A stretch of 64,000 nt of DNA from Phycisphaerales bacterium (GTDB lineage: Bacteria > Planctomycetota > Phycisphaerae > Phycisphaerales > UBA5793): NCBI GenBank assembly GCA_044229655.1, contig JBGASM010000007.1:106675-170674 (forward strand), read 5' to 3'. This document shows positions 35,032 to 45,063 of the stretch, in pieces. The position numbers were made by a program, and so were the translations under genes. A model generated the notes under the pieces. It saw only the letters and a program-made list of their open reading frames with translations. It ran no database searches and was not told the origin of the DNA. Position 1 is the stretch's first letter, and each line of letters begins with the position of its first letter.

Positions 35032-36951
35032 ATGACCCTTGGTCGTTTAGGTTTGAACCAGACATTGGCGCACATTGGCGTGGTGTGCGCGGCCGGATGG
35101 ATCGCGATTCCCGCGTCCGCGGAAGGGCCGCGGGCTGCGCTCGTGCTGCGGCATGGCGGCATCGATCAGTTGATGCCGGATGCGAATGACGCGCAGCTGC
35201 GTGCGGCGATGCACATGCTGAGCCTCCGACTTGCGGAAGTACCCGGCGAGATTGCGCGCCTGCAAGGAGGCGGGATGAACAACGGCGAGGTGGAGCTCGC
35301 CCAGCGTCTGCTTCCGATGTTCGCTTCATTGGCGGAATATCCGACAGAGTTTGCCGTGATCGACCAGGGAATCAACGACCTGGGCGTGCCGGACGTGGAT
35401 GTTCGGCTGGTGGTTCACGCCGGCGATGCGGGGCGTGCCGCCTCCTACCGGGATGCGATTTCCGGGGCCATCAAGCAAGGGGGCGGGCGGATTCCACTGA
35501 CCGTGCGGCAGGACGACCCCGGGATGCTGCAGGTGCAGACTCCGGTTGGCCTGGTGATGTTCGGAGTGCCCAAGAACACCACAGTGTTCACGCTGGGCCT
35601 GGATTTCGGCGGTGATGGGTTGAAGACTGATATGGTCGCGCTGGACGGCTTGGCGGAACTGGGCGGGCACCCGTCCGCGGCGGACGCGTATGTTGATGCG
35701 CAAGCCCTGGCGGACATCGCAGAGCGATTTGTGACCATGTTCGGCGGGGCCCAAGGCACCGCGGGGTTCCAGCAGGCGCGATCTCAGTACCTGGGCACGG
35801 AGCCGGTGCGAGCCCATGCCTCCATCGCATTCATCGATGATCGAATGATCGCAGTCACTCGCTCGAGGGGCATGGGTATGCCGGGCGCGAACGGCGCGGC
35901 GGAGCCCACCATTCCGATGGACCTGCTGCGGATGATTCCTGAAGACGCGCGCTACGCATCCGCCTACGCCTTTGACGTCGGCGGGTTCTTCGGCCATCTT
36001 GCACAGATGACGATGGGCATGTCCAACGTGGGTTTTGTGCAGGTGCAGCAGGCCACCGGCTTCAACCCGCTGACCGATCTCATTCAGAATTTCGGGCCGC
36101 TCTGGCTGACGTACACCTCCGACACAACCGGCGGCGGGGGAATTCTCTCCACCGTGTGCGTCAACAGCGGCGTCAAACGTGAGGCGCTCCAGGCGACGCT
36201 TGACCGCGTGACGACTCTGCTGGGCTCCGCAGCTGCCCAGGTGCCGTACGTCCGGGTGCGGACCATTGACGCTCCGGTGGGCGGCGCGGAAACCCATTGG
36301 TACCGCGTGACGTTCCCTGGAGTTCCAGTGCCGGTCGAGGTCAACTTGGCGCTTCAGCAGGATCGCCTGGTTGCGGGGTTGACGACGCAAGCGCTCGAGG
36401 CGGCATTGGCGCAGGCGTCTTCGGGTACGCCGTCACTGCTTGACAACTCGACATTTGCGAAGGACGCCACCGGCCGGCTGGACAATCTCCACGCGATCGG
36501 GTTCATCGATACGCCGCGCACGCTTGACCGAGGCTATCCGCTGTGTCAGATCCTGGGGACGGCGCTGCAGAATCTGGTGCGCTCGCCTGCGGATGAGACG
36601 CGCGACCCGGGGCTGGTCACGCCTTCGTTCGCGATGATCGCCAAGGGAGCGCGCCCGACAACGTGGGTGACCCGATCCGTCAACGGCGAACGCATCAGTG
36701 TGATGATGGCGGACGCATCGTGGATGACGAACCTCGCCGGCTGGAGCGGCGCGACGAATGCGATGCCGTTGGTGGCAGCGGCCGGGGTCGCCACAGGCAT
36801 TGCGGCGGCGGAGCGTCATCATCGTTCAGGCGGAATGGACCCGAACGCCTGGCAGGATGAGCAGTGGATTGAAGATGGCGACGATGAAGGCGAGGGCATG
36901 GACGCCGACGACGAGAACGAGGCGCCCGACGCAGAGGACGACGGCGGATAA
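35032..36951 (+). CDS. secreted hypothetical protein with acidic C-terminal tail
   Basis: 639-aa ORF with a signal-like N-terminus (GVVCAAGWIAIPASAEG), ending in WIEDGDDEGEGMDADDENEAPDAEDDGG. A strong terminator follows it. Confidence 0.6.
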   Translation: MTLGRLGLNQTLAHIGVVCAAGWIAIPASAEGPRAALVLRHGGIDQLMPDANDAQLRAAMHMLSLRLAEVPGEIARLQGGGMNNGEVELAQRLLPMFASLAEYPTEFAVIDQGINDLGVPDVDVRLVVHAGDAGRAASYRDAISGAIKQGGGRIPLTVRQDDPGMLQVQTPVGLVMFGVPKNTTVFTLGLDFGGDGLKTDMVALDGLAELGGHPSAADAYVDAQALADIAERFVTMFGGAQGTAGFQQARSQYLGTEPVRAHASIAFIDDRMIAVTRSRGMGMPGANGAAEPTIPMDLLRMIPEDARYASAYAFDVGGFFGHLAQMTMGMSNVGFVQVQQATGFNPLTDLIQNFGPLWLTYTSDTTGGGGILSTVCVNSGVKREALQATLDRVTTLLGSAAAQVPYVRVRTIDAPVGGAETHWYRVTFPGVPVPVEVNLALQQDRLVAGLTTQALEAALAQASSGTPSLLDNSTFAKDATGRLDNLHAIGFIDTPRTLDRGYPLCQILGTALQNLVRSPADETRDPGLVTPSFAMIAKGARPTTWVTRSVNGERISVMMADASWMTNLAGWSGATNAMPLVAAAGVATGIAAAERHHRSGGMDPNAWQDEQWIEDGDDEGEGMDADDENEAPDAEDDGG

Positions 36952-36977
36952 GTCCGCAGCTACATGAGACATGGAGC

Positions 36978-37017
36978 GACCCGCACGAGCATGCCTCGGG
37001 CGGGTCGTTTTGTTATT
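36978..37017 (+). terminator. rho-independent terminator
   Basis: 12-bp stem with one mismatch (GACCCGCACGAG / CTCGGGCGGGTC), 5-nt loop, followed by GTTTTGTTATT. Confidence 0.65.
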
Positions 37018-37156
37018 GGGCTTGCGTGCAACTCCAAAGCGGCCAACGTGAAGTGTTATGGGCGACGGACTGACGAGGCGACGCAAAACCGCCGATAGCA
37101 CTGATGCGTCCCCTCCGCTCTGAAGAGGGAGGAGTCGCAGAACTCAGGAGACATGC

Positions 37157-37459
37157 ATGCGCCGATCTCGATTCCTCAACACCGTCCTTGTTACCAACGC
37201 CGTGCTGATGACCCTTGTCCTGGGCGCGGTGCTTGCTGGTCGCTTCACCCTGGTGGCTACCGCGCAGGCAGAACCGCCGCGCCAGCCGTCGGGCATTCCT
37301 GATCCGGGCGAGCAGCGCAATGAACAGATCAAACAGTTGCGCGAACTCAATGAGCAGATCAAGGCCATGCGCACCGAACTCAAGGACATGGAATTCCGTG
37401 TCAATGTGATGAGCATGCCGGCAGGGTCCGAGCCCCGGACCGACGACAAGAGCAAGTGA
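37157..37459 (+). CDS. small secreted/anchored coiled-coil protein (hypothetical), first gene of the pilus/secretion cluster
   Basis: 100 aa with an N-terminal TM or signal segment, then QRNEQIKQLRELNEQIKAMRTELKDMEF. AGGAGA lies upstream. Confidence 0.5.
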   Translation: MRRSRFLNTVLVTNAVLMTLVLGAVLAGRFTLVATAQAEPPRQPSGIPDPGEQRNEQIKQLRELNEQIKAMRTELKDMEFRVNVMSMPAGSEPRTDDKSK

Positions 37460-37516
37460 ATCACGCCGCATGTGAGCGGGGCGCGACACTTTTCGGGGGA
37501 TGGGGAGGAGTTGGCG

Positions 37517-38074
37517 ATGAGCGCATTAACAGAGGCCGCACGCCCGGGGATGTCGCGCCGGGGCTTTACGCTGATTGAGATCCTCGTCGTGGTGATGATC
37601 CTGGGAATCGCCGCGGCGATGCTCATTCCGTCGATGGGTCACACCGCTGATTTCAGCACGGAGAGCGTCGTACGGCAGGTCGTCGCGGACCTGACCTTCG
37701 CTCAGTCCGATGCGATGTCGCGGCAGGCGAGTCGGCGCGTCTATTTCGATGAGGACGGCCTGGGCTATCGCCTCCTGCAGTCCCCTTTTGACCCAGTGGA
37801 CGACGTCATCTATGACCCGATCGGCGCCAACGGCAGCAATGAGTATGTCGTGCGTTTCGGTCCTGAGTCGCGCTTCCCGGGCATCACGATCGAAGAGCCG
37901 ATTTTTGACGGCAATCCGTACATCACGTATGACGAATTGGGCGGTCCGATCGACTCGGACAACTCACCCAGCGCAGGCGGTTCGCTCACCTTGAAAAGCA
38001 AAACAGAATCCTTCAAGATCGAGATCGCAGCATTCACGGGCCGGGTCATTGTGACCGATCTGAATGAGAAGTGA
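37517..38074 (+). CDS. GspH/FimT-like minor pseudopilin
   Basis: Prepilin leader [26 protein letters not shown], followed by the GspH-type helix VVRQVVADLTFAQSDAMSR. Start at the ATG at 37517, after GGGGAGGAG. Confidence 0.75.
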   Translation: MSALTEAARPGMSRRGFTLIEILVVVMILGIAAAMLIPSMGHTADFSTESVVRQVVADLTFAQSDAMSRQASRRVYFDEDGLGYRLLQSPFDPVDDVIYDPIGANGSNEYVVRFGPESRFPGITIEEPIFDGNPYITYDELGGPIDSDNSPSAGGSLTLKSKTESFKIEIAAFTGRVIVTDLNEK

Positions 38075-38111
38075 GGCGTTGGGACGCAGAGTCTGCGCCT
38101 GCTGGAGGGGG

Positions 38112-39290
38112 ATGCCGCCGTTGGGTTGGAAACTCTCAAACAAATGCACGCTGCCCATCGGGCTGGACATTGGCGCTTCGGGGGTCAAGGCTCTGCAGTT
38201 GCGCCGCAGTCCGAGGGGATATGAAGTGGTTGCTGCGTCGGCAGCGCCAATTGAGCGCAGCGCGACCGGGACGCTCCCCGAACAAGGCGCAATCGAGCAG
38301 GCCATCCGTCTCGTGCTCAAGGCCGGTGCATTCCGCGGGCGTGAGTGCGTCTGCTCGCTGCCCCCCTCGTCGCTCATGCTCAGAGCGGTGCGTCTGCCGA
38401 GCATGGCGGATGAGGAGCTGGACAAGGCGGCGGTTTGGGAGGCGTCGGACCGATTCGGGATACCGCCCGAACAATTGCAGGTGGACTGGATTCGTGCGGG
38501 AACCGTGACCCAGGCGGACGAGGTGCGTGAAGAGATTGTGCTGGTGGCGGTTCCGCGCACGGTTTCCGAGATGTGCGTGGATGCGGTGATGCGTGCGGGG
38601 CTGCGTCCGCTGGCGTGCGATGCCTCATTCGCTGCGGTTGCGCGAGCGCTGACCCGTTCACTGCGCCGGCAAACCGACACCTCGATGGTGCGCATGCTCA
38701 TTGACGTAGGGACAGACGGAACAAGCGTCATGTTCACACAGGGGCGCGGGCTGACTTTTGTCAAGCACATCGCGCTGGGCGGTGCGAAACTGCAGGAGGC
38801 TGTGGCGACGGCGCTCAAGTTGGCGCCTGATGCTGCGGCCCATCTGCGCCAGGCTCGGCTGCGCGGTGTGGACAGCGGCGGCGAGGTCGTCGACCGGCGC
38901 GTTGAGCAGGCGGTCTTCGAGGCGCAGCGGCCTCTCCTGCATGACTTGGCAAATGAAGCCGCATTGTGCCAGCGGTATCACGGCGTGACATTTCGGGCGG
39001 GCCGACCGGAGAGTGTGCTGCTGACGGGTGGAAATGCAAATGAGCCACACCTGACCCAGGCTCTATCTGAGGCGCTGAAGGCGGAGGTCGTGATTGCGAA
39101 CCCGCTGGAGCAGGTGGACATTTCCACGGCCGCGTCGGCGCTGGACCGGCGAACGACAGATTGGAACCGTTGGACGGCGGCGCTGGGGCTCAGTCTGCGG
39201 GACGAGGGAGCGGCGAGCAAACAGGCAGGCCCGAGCGGCAGCGCGGCCACACCCGGCGGCCCGGCGTCGCCGCGCAAGGAGGCTGCGTGA
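38112..39290 (+). CDS. pilM: type IV pilus assembly protein PilM (actin-like ATPase fold)
   Basis: LPIGLDIGASGVKALQLRR opening, an actin-like second domain (MLIDVGTDGTSVMF), and LLTGGNA near the C-terminus. Confidence 0.8.
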   Translation: MPPLGWKLSNKCTLPIGLDIGASGVKALQLRRSPRGYEVVAASAAPIERSATGTLPEQGAIEQAIRLVLKAGAFRGRECVCSLPPSSLMLRAVRLPSMADEELDKAAVWEASDRFGIPPEQLQVDWIRAGTVTQADEVREEIVLVAVPRTVSEMCVDAVMRAGLRPLACDASFAAVARALTRSLRRQTDTSMVRMLIDVGTDGTSVMFTQGRGLTFVKHIALGGAKLQEAVATALKLAPDAAAHLRQARLRGVDSGGEVVDRRVEQAVFEAQRPLLHDLANEAALCQRYHGVTFRAGRPESVLLTGGNANEPHLTQALSEALKAEVVIANPLEQVDISTAASALDRRTTDWNRWTAALGLSLRDEGAASKQAGPSGSAATPGGPASPRKEAA

Positions 39291-39967
39291 TGCGCGAACT
39301 GAATCTACTGACGCCGCGACATCGCAGTCGGCTGCTGCGGTCGACGGTCAGACGTCGTTTCATGTTGCTGTATGCGGTATGCGTGGTGTGCCTGGGGGGC
39401 GCGTGGGGCGCGCTGGAAACTCAGACGCTGCGCCGGCAGGCGGTCGCGGATACGCTGCGTACCAAGGCCGAAACAGTGCTCAACGCTGAGCAGCAGGCTG
39501 CGCAACTGGACATTCAGGCGGACGTGCTTGTCGGTCGCCTGGCGCAATACCAGGCTACCGCATTGCCGATTGAGACTCACCGCGTGCTCTCCGAGATTGC
39601 AGCGCTGCTCCCTGAGGGCATGTCGCTGCTCAAGCTGGACCTGAAGGTCGAACAGGTGTCGGTGAGCAAATCGGTGATGGAGGACCTCAAGGAAAAGGTG
39701 AGCAAATCACGGGGCAAGACACCGGCGGCCAAGCCGCAGCGTCGGGTCCTGACGTGCACCATGGAGGGGCTGGCGCCTTCGGATCACGACGTGTTTGATT
39801 TCTCGCAGCGGCTCGAGGAGCACTCGTTGTTTCAGCAGGTGCTGACAGACGCGCAGCCGTCCGACGGGCCGGGCATCAGTCACTTCACGCTGTCGTTCCA
39901 GATTGATCTGGAGACGCGCTACCTCTTCGCGGAAGCGGCGGCCGAGTCGGCGGAGGTGTCGCAGTGA
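39290..39967 (+). CDS. pilN: PilN-like inner-membrane assembly protein
   Basis: MRELNLLTPR opening (the INLLP-type motif), a single TM and a coiled coil. Its ATG overlaps the pilM TGA (ATGA). Confidence 0.7.
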   Translation: MRELNLLTPRHRSRLLRSTVRRRFMLLYAVCVVCLGGAWGALETQTLRRQAVADTLRTKAETVLNAEQQAAQLDIQADVLVGRLAQYQATALPIETHRVLSEIAALLPEGMSLLKLDLKVEQVSVSKSVMEDLKEKVSKSRGKTPAAKPQRRVLTCTMEGLAPSDHDVFDFSQRLEEHSLFQQVLTDAQPSDGPGISHFTLSFQIDLETRYLFAEAAAESAEVSQ

Positions 39968-40575
39968 ACGAACTGGTGTTCAAAATCAAGTATGGAGCGG
40001 TGCTCATCGTGCTGGTGGCGGCGTTTGCGCTGCTGTTTATCAAGCCCACGCTGGAACGACGGGCCCAGGCGGACACGGCGGTGACGGCCATGCGCGCCAA
40101 ATTGAACGACGCGAAGGTGAATTCGCAGCGTGTCGCCGACGGCAAACTCCGCCTGGAAACGCTGCGCCGGCGCGTGGCAGAGGAGATCCGCGATATTCCT
40201 GAGCGAAGCATGCTCGCGGACCTCATGCGGCACATTACGCTGGTTTCGGACACGTTGCCGCTGGGCGAACAGCGCATTTCCGCCGCGGAAAAGGAGCTGG
40301 CCGCGGGTCCCTATCTCTACACCACGCTCACGATTGAGACGACCGGGTCGTTTACCGGAGTCTATGAGCTGGTTCGAGACCTGGAGCGGCAGATGCGCAC
40401 ACTGCGCATCCGCGAGATCAGCATCGAGCAGTCCGACTTGAAACAGCCGGGCACGGTGACCGCGCATCTGGCAGTGGACGTCTTGTACCAGACACCGCAG
40501 AAAGAGACTTCAGAAGCGCAGTCGTCCGGACATGGCGCGATGGCGTCCCACCCTGAAGGTGCGGGCCGTCAATAG
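39964..40575 (+). CDS. pilO: PilO-like assembly protein
   Basis: Single N-terminal TM, a coiled coil, then a ferredoxin-like C-terminal region. Position follows pilN. GTG start overlaps the pilN stop. TAG stop. Confidence 0.6.
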   Translation: MNELVFKIKYGAVLIVLVAAFALLFIKPTLERRAQADTAVTAMRAKLNDAKVNSQRVADGKLRLETLRRRVAEEIRDIPERSMLADLMRHITLVSDTLPLGEQRISAAEKELAAGPYLYTTLTIETTGSFTGVYELVRDLERQMRTLRIREISIEQSDLKQPGTVTAHLAVDVLYQTPQKETSEAQSSGHGAMASHPEGAGRQ

Positions 40576-40609
40576 AGGCAACGCGCAGCGCGCACGCAAG
40601 GGGGGAAAT

Positions 40610-41227
40610 GTGGATCGCCTGTTCAAAGCCATGTGGATCAAACTGACGGCCGACAAGAAGAAATTCGGCGCCATGTGCGGCCTGATGGTCGTGGGCATGC
40701 TTCTGTGGGGCCGCCTGGTGATTATCCAGCACATCCCGCGGACGGGTTATGCGGATCCTGCGAAGTCGTCGGCCAGCGCCGACAAGTCGAAAAAGAGCGC
40801 GGATGCGGCGCAACCAACCAAGCCCAAGGAACTTCCTGCGCTGGTCCTGACGGCTGCCCCCTGGACCGGGCGCGACCTGTTCCAGGTATCCGATGTGCTG
40901 CGTCCAGCCCTGCCAGCCGAATCCGAAAAAACCAATCAGAACGTACCCAAGTCGCAGGCGGAATCTTCCGAAAACACGGAAGACCCGGTGCTCGTGCGTC
41001 GGGAGCAGATCAGGTTGGAGGCGCAGTCATTGCGGCTCGACAGCCTGATGCTGGGGCAGAGACCCGCAGCCATCCTCAACGGCCAGTTCCTGACCGTCGG
41101 AGAGGAAGTCAACGGGTTCACACTGCTTGAAGTGAGAGAGCGCTCTGTGCTCGTCGCCAAGGAGGACGAGCAGTTCGAGATCCAGATCAGGTCGTCATCG
41201 ACGCCCACGCACAAGCGCCGTTCGTGA
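40610..41227 (+). CDS. PilP-like protein (hypothetical)
   Basis: Single TM, a low-complexity linker, and a C-terminal beta domain LNGQFLTVGEEVNGFTLLEVRERSVLV, as in PilP/GspC HR domains. Start uncertain (GTG at 40610 or ATG at 40631). Confidence 0.45.
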   Translation: MDRLFKAMWIKLTADKKKFGAMCGLMVVGMLLWGRLVIIQHIPRTGYADPAKSSASADKSKKSADAAQPTKPKELPALVLTAAPWTGRDLFQVSDVLRPALPAESEKTNQNVPKSQAESSENTEDPVLVRREQIRLEAQSLRLDSLMLGQRPAAILNGQFLTVGEEVNGFTLLEVRERSVLVAKEDEQFEIQIRSSSTPTHKRRS

Positions 41228-41255
41228 CCGAAACCCACAACAGGAGACACGTCTG

Positions 41256-43490
41256 ATGTTTACCGCTCGCCGTTCGATTGACTCCACCGCTTCGTTCCCC
41301 TCCTGGCTCACGGCTGGCGCTGCGCTGGCCGCCGCCCTGGCCCCGATGCGCAGCGTCTGCGCTCAGGATGGATCCGCGACGCCAGACGCCTCGGGAATCA
41401 ACGGCCAAGTCCAGGTGTCGAACTTTCTGACCGTCGACCTGCACGTTCAGGACACGGACCTGGGTCAGGTCCTCAAGATGCTCTCGATCCAGAGCCAGAA
41501 GAACATCATCGCGTCCAAGAACGTCACCGGGTCGGTGAGCGCGGATCTGTACGACGTGACCTTCTATGAGGCGCTGGATTCCATCCTGCACTCCAACGGC
41601 TACGGCTACCGCGAGAAGGGCAATTTCATCTACGTGTACACGCTCGATGAACTGAAGACCATCGAGGATTCCGAGCGCAAACTGGTCCACCGGGTCTTCC
41701 AACTGAATTACCTCAACTCTGCGGACGCATCGGTGTTCCTGCAGCCGTTCCTCTCGGACAAGGGCTCGATCGCGATCAATGGCGAGGCGCAGCCCGGTTT
41801 CCAGTCCGACGTCAATGACGGTGGGGCGGATTCTTTCGCATTTGCTGCGACTCTGGTTGTCAGCGACTACGAGGACAACGTCAAGGAGATTGAGAACGTT
41901 CTTAGTGAGCTCGACACCCGGCCCAAGTCAGTCATGCTGGACGCCACCGTCCTCCAGACCGCGCTTACGGAAGACAACGCGTGGGGCGTCGATTTCAGTC
42001 TTCTGGGCGACCTCGACTTCTCCGACCTGTCCTCTCCCGGCTCTCCGGTGGACAGTCTCATCAAGGGCAGCGGCACCGGCGGGTTTGTCCCCACGGACAA
42101 CAATGCGAATGCCGGCCAGTCCACCGTCGGCCGCACGGGCGAAGCAGGCGGCTTGAAGATCGGCATCATCTCGAATGACATCTCGATCTTCCTGCGCGTG
42201 CTTGATGAGACCACTGACACAACCGTGATTTCCCGGCCCAAGGTGCTCGCGCTCAACCGGAACCGCGGCGAGATTCTCGTGGGCCGCAAGATCGGCTATC
42301 TCTCCACGACGTCCACCGAGACGAGCACGACCCAGACGGTCGAGTTCCTGGACACCGGCACGCAACTGATGTTCCGCCCGTTCGTGTCCAACGACGGTTT
42401 CGTCCGCATGGAACTCAAGCCCAGCGTGTCGGAAGGCATCATCCGCACCGTCACCGGCTCGTCGGGAGATCCGGTCACCATCCCCGACGAAATTACGCAG
42501 GAACTCACGACCAATGTCGTGGTTCGTGACGGCGAGACGATCATTCTCGGCGGCCTCTTCAAGGAAGAGACCTCGCTGAGCCGTCGCCAGGTGCCGCTGC
42601 TGGGCGACATCCCGCTCATCGGCGCGGCCTTCCGCGGCAGGGACGACGCGACCGAGCGCAGCGAGATCATGTTCCTGATCACTCCGACCATCCTGCAAGA
42701 TGAGTTCGCATACGCCGCCGGTCGCGACGCGGCCGACATGGTCGAAGATGCCCGCATGGCCGCGCGCAGCGGAGTGCTCTGGTGGAGCCGGGACAAGATG
42801 GTCTCTCAGCACAATCTGCGCGCCCAGGAGGCGATGTCCACCGGCGACACCCAGATGGCGCTCTACGAGATTGATCAGTCACTGCGCCTCAATCCGGATC
42901 AGCCGCTTGTGCTCCGGATGCGCGATCAGCTGACCGGACAGAGCACGCGCTGGTTCAACGAGTCCATCGTGAATGCCGCGCTGAAGGGCAACGGCTACAC
43001 CGCCTTTGGCCCCGTACCGCTGCCCACAACTGAAGTTGCCGGCGCCGACGACACTGCAAGCGAGTTCACCAGCGAGGTTCCGACTGCTGAACTCAGTGAG
43101 TCTCCCGCAGAGACCTCACCCATCGCTGAAGCGTCCGAGCCCGTGACGGAAAGTTCCACCGACACTGTGCTCGATGCGGCAGGGACAGAGGCGGGGGCTG
43201 CCACGCCTGCGACCGTGGAGCCCGCAGCCGAGCCGGGCGAGGCGGAGGCGAATCCGGCGAGCGAAGCCGAGTTCTCGGACCCCGCGTTCCCTGCTGGTGA
43301 AGAAGAGGGCTCTGAGCCGATCTTCGATGACCAGAATGAACAGGACCAGCCGACTTCCGAGCCTGCACCGGCCACACCCGAGTCCAGCGAGGAATCCTCA
43401 TCCGAGGATCCCAGCAAGCTCGTGCTCATGTGGCGCAGTTTCCAGAACTGGCTTGGGGTCAACGTCTCCGAAGAGACGGCCAACGGTTGA
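41256..43490 (+). CDS. pilQ: secretin (PilQ/GspD family) with long C-terminal extension
   Basis: Signal peptide, N-domains (VTFYEALDSILHSNGYGYREKGNFIYVYT), and a secretin core (ISRPKVLALNRNRGEILVG...VVVRDGETIILGGL...VPLLGDIPLIGAAFR...EIMFLITPTIL). About 260 further residues follow, ending in an acidic low-complexity tail. Confidence 0.9.
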   Translation: MFTARRSIDSTASFPSWLTAGAALAAALAPMRSVCAQDGSATPDASGINGQVQVSNFLTVDLHVQDTDLGQVLKMLSIQSQKNIIASKNVTGSVSADLYDVTFYEALDSILHSNGYGYREKGNFIYVYTLDELKTIEDSERKLVHRVFQLNYLNSADASVFLQPFLSDKGSIAINGEAQPGFQSDVNDGGADSFAFAATLVVSDYEDNVKEIENVLSELDTRPKSVMLDATVLQTALTEDNAWGVDFSLLGDLDFSDLSSPGSPVDSLIKGSGTGGFVPTDNNANAGQSTVGRTGEAGGLKIGIISNDISIFLRVLDETTDTTVISRPKVLALNRNRGEILVGRKIGYLSTTSTETSTTQTVEFLDTGTQLMFRPFVSNDGFVRMELKPSVSEGIIRTVTGSSGDPVTIPDEITQELTTNVVVRDGETIILGGLFKEETSLSRRQVPLLGDIPLIGAAFRGRDDATERSEIMFLITPTILQDEFAYAAGRDAADMVEDARMAARSGVLWWSRDKMVSQHNLRAQEAMSTGDTQMALYEIDQSLRLNPDQPLVLRMRDQLTGQSTRWFNESIVNAALKGNGYTAFGPVPLPTTEVAGADDTASEFTSEVPTAELSESPAETSPIAEASEPVTESSTDTVLDAAGTEAGAATPATVEPAAEPGEAEANPASEAEFSDPAFPAGEEEGSEPIFDDQNEQDQPTSEPAPATPESSEESSSEDPSKLVLMWRSFQNWLGVNVSEETANG

Positions 43491-43572
43491 TCGAATTTGT
43501 TTCGCACGCCCAACGCTCGTGTGCCCGTTGAGTTCCTTCACGGAAACGACGTTGAAAGGAACAGGATTCGCA

Positions 43573-43611
43573 GGGGGATCTCGGGGAATCGGGGAGCAGG
43601 GGAAGACGGGG
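43573..43611 (+). other. canonical G-quadruplex motif (five G4-5 tracts, loops 4-5 nt)
   Basis: GGGGGatctcGGGGaatcGGGGagcaGGGGaagacGGGG on the coding strand, between the secretin stop (43490) and the TPR gene start (43671). Confidence 0.6.
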
Positions 43612-43670
43612 AGATTCACTCACTCCGTTGATTCACGCACACGCTCTACCCATGAAAGGTCTCTGATCCC

Positions 43671-44897
43671 ATGATCCGCAAACTTCGTTCGATTGCTCTG
43701 TTTGCCCTTGTGTCCACATTTCCTCTGGGTTTCTGCGCGTGCTCCGGGCCGACCAAGTCCGGCCTTGACGCCCGCAAGGAAACCAACGAGCGATTCAATG
43801 CGCCCAGGGCAAACCTGGCAGCGCAGCAGGCACGCCAGGCGTTTGACGTCGGCAATCTCAAAGAGGCGTTGGCGCAGATTGACGGCGCCGTCATGCTGCA
43901 ACCTGAAAGTCCGGATCATCTCGTGATGCGCGGACGCATTCTCATCGAGATGCAGCGGCTGGGCGAAGCCGAGGAGGCGTTCACCGGCGCGCTTGCGCTC
44001 AAGGCCGACCACGGCGATGCAAATTACTACAGCGGCGTGGTTCATCAGCGCTGGTCGAACTTTGAGGATGCCCTGGCCCGCTATCAGGCGGCCTACAAGT
44101 CGGATGATTCAAATCTGTCCTACTTGCTGGCGGTGATTGAAACCCAGATCTCACTGCGACAACTTGAGGAAGCTTGGTCGACAGCGCAAGCTTCCCTGGC
44201 GCGTTTCGAAAACGATTCGCAGCTGCATCAGGCCATGGGTCATGTCGCGCTGCTGCAGGGCAAGTCTGACGTCGCAGTGGAGCAGTTCCGCAGGGCCCTG
44301 ATCCTCTCTCCGGACGATCCGAACATCGGATTCAATCTGGCAAACGCCTGCCTGCAGGCGCGCCAGTACGACAAGGCCGAGCAGGCTGTGGATCGCCTGC
44401 TGCAGAACGCCACGGGCGACCTGCGGTTGGATCTGCTGCACATCAAGGCGCGCTGCCTCTCAGCTACGAATCGCCTGGTCGAGGCGCGATTTGCGTATCT
44501 CGATCTGACGCAGGCGGATCCATCAAACGTGGAAGCCTGGTACGAACTGGGGATCGTGGCCTATCAACTTGGGGATACCCGCCGCTTCGCGGAAGTCGTC
44601 AACACGACCACCTCACGCTGGCCGCAGCGCTATGAAGGCTATGTCCTGCAGGGAATGCTCTTCGAGGCGCGCAACGACTATCAGACCGCTGAGCAGTCCT
44701 ATACCGCGGCCTGCCGGCTCAGCGCCAACTCGTCCGATGCAGTTGTGCTGCTCGCGCGAAATCTCATGAGTCAGGGCGAGCATGATCGGGCCCAGGAGCT
44801 CCTTGAGACCTTGCTGACCCGTGAACCGGGGAACCAGCAGGCCCAGTCTCTGCGCGACTCACTGACCAAGCTCACGAGCGCACCCGACGGGCAATAA
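43671..44897 (+). CDS. TPR-repeat lipoprotein (PilF/PilW-like)
   Basis: Lipobox-like LGFCAC after a signal segment, then about 8 TPR repeats. Confidence 0.78.
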   Translation: MIRKLRSIALFALVSTFPLGFCACSGPTKSGLDARKETNERFNAPRANLAAQQARQAFDVGNLKEALAQIDGAVMLQPESPDHLVMRGRILIEMQRLGEAEEAFTGALALKADHGDANYYSGVVHQRWSNFEDALARYQAAYKSDDSNLSYLLAVIETQISLRQLEEAWSTAQASLARFENDSQLHQAMGHVALLQGKSDVAVEQFRRALILSPDDPNIGFNLANACLQARQYDKAEQAVDRLLQNATGDLRLDLLHIKARCLSATNRLVEARFAYLDLTQADPSNVEAWYELGIVAYQLGDTRRFAEVVNTTTSRWPQRYEGYVLQGMLFEARNDYQTAEQSYTAACRLSANSSDAVVLLARNLMSQGEHDRAQELLETLLTREPGNQQAQSLRDSLTKLTSAPDGQ

Positions 44898-45063
44898 CCT
44901 GCTTCTTACCACAGGCATGCGGGGCTGGACACTTTGACAGGGCCGATTCTTCGGGTGTGATCGTCAGCACCCGCAGAGTCGGTCTTGTACTTTAAGGGTC
45001 GTTTACCCGCGGCGCAAAGTAGGTGCGGTGATGGGTCGATTCACCTCTGCATGAGGTGGGCAG

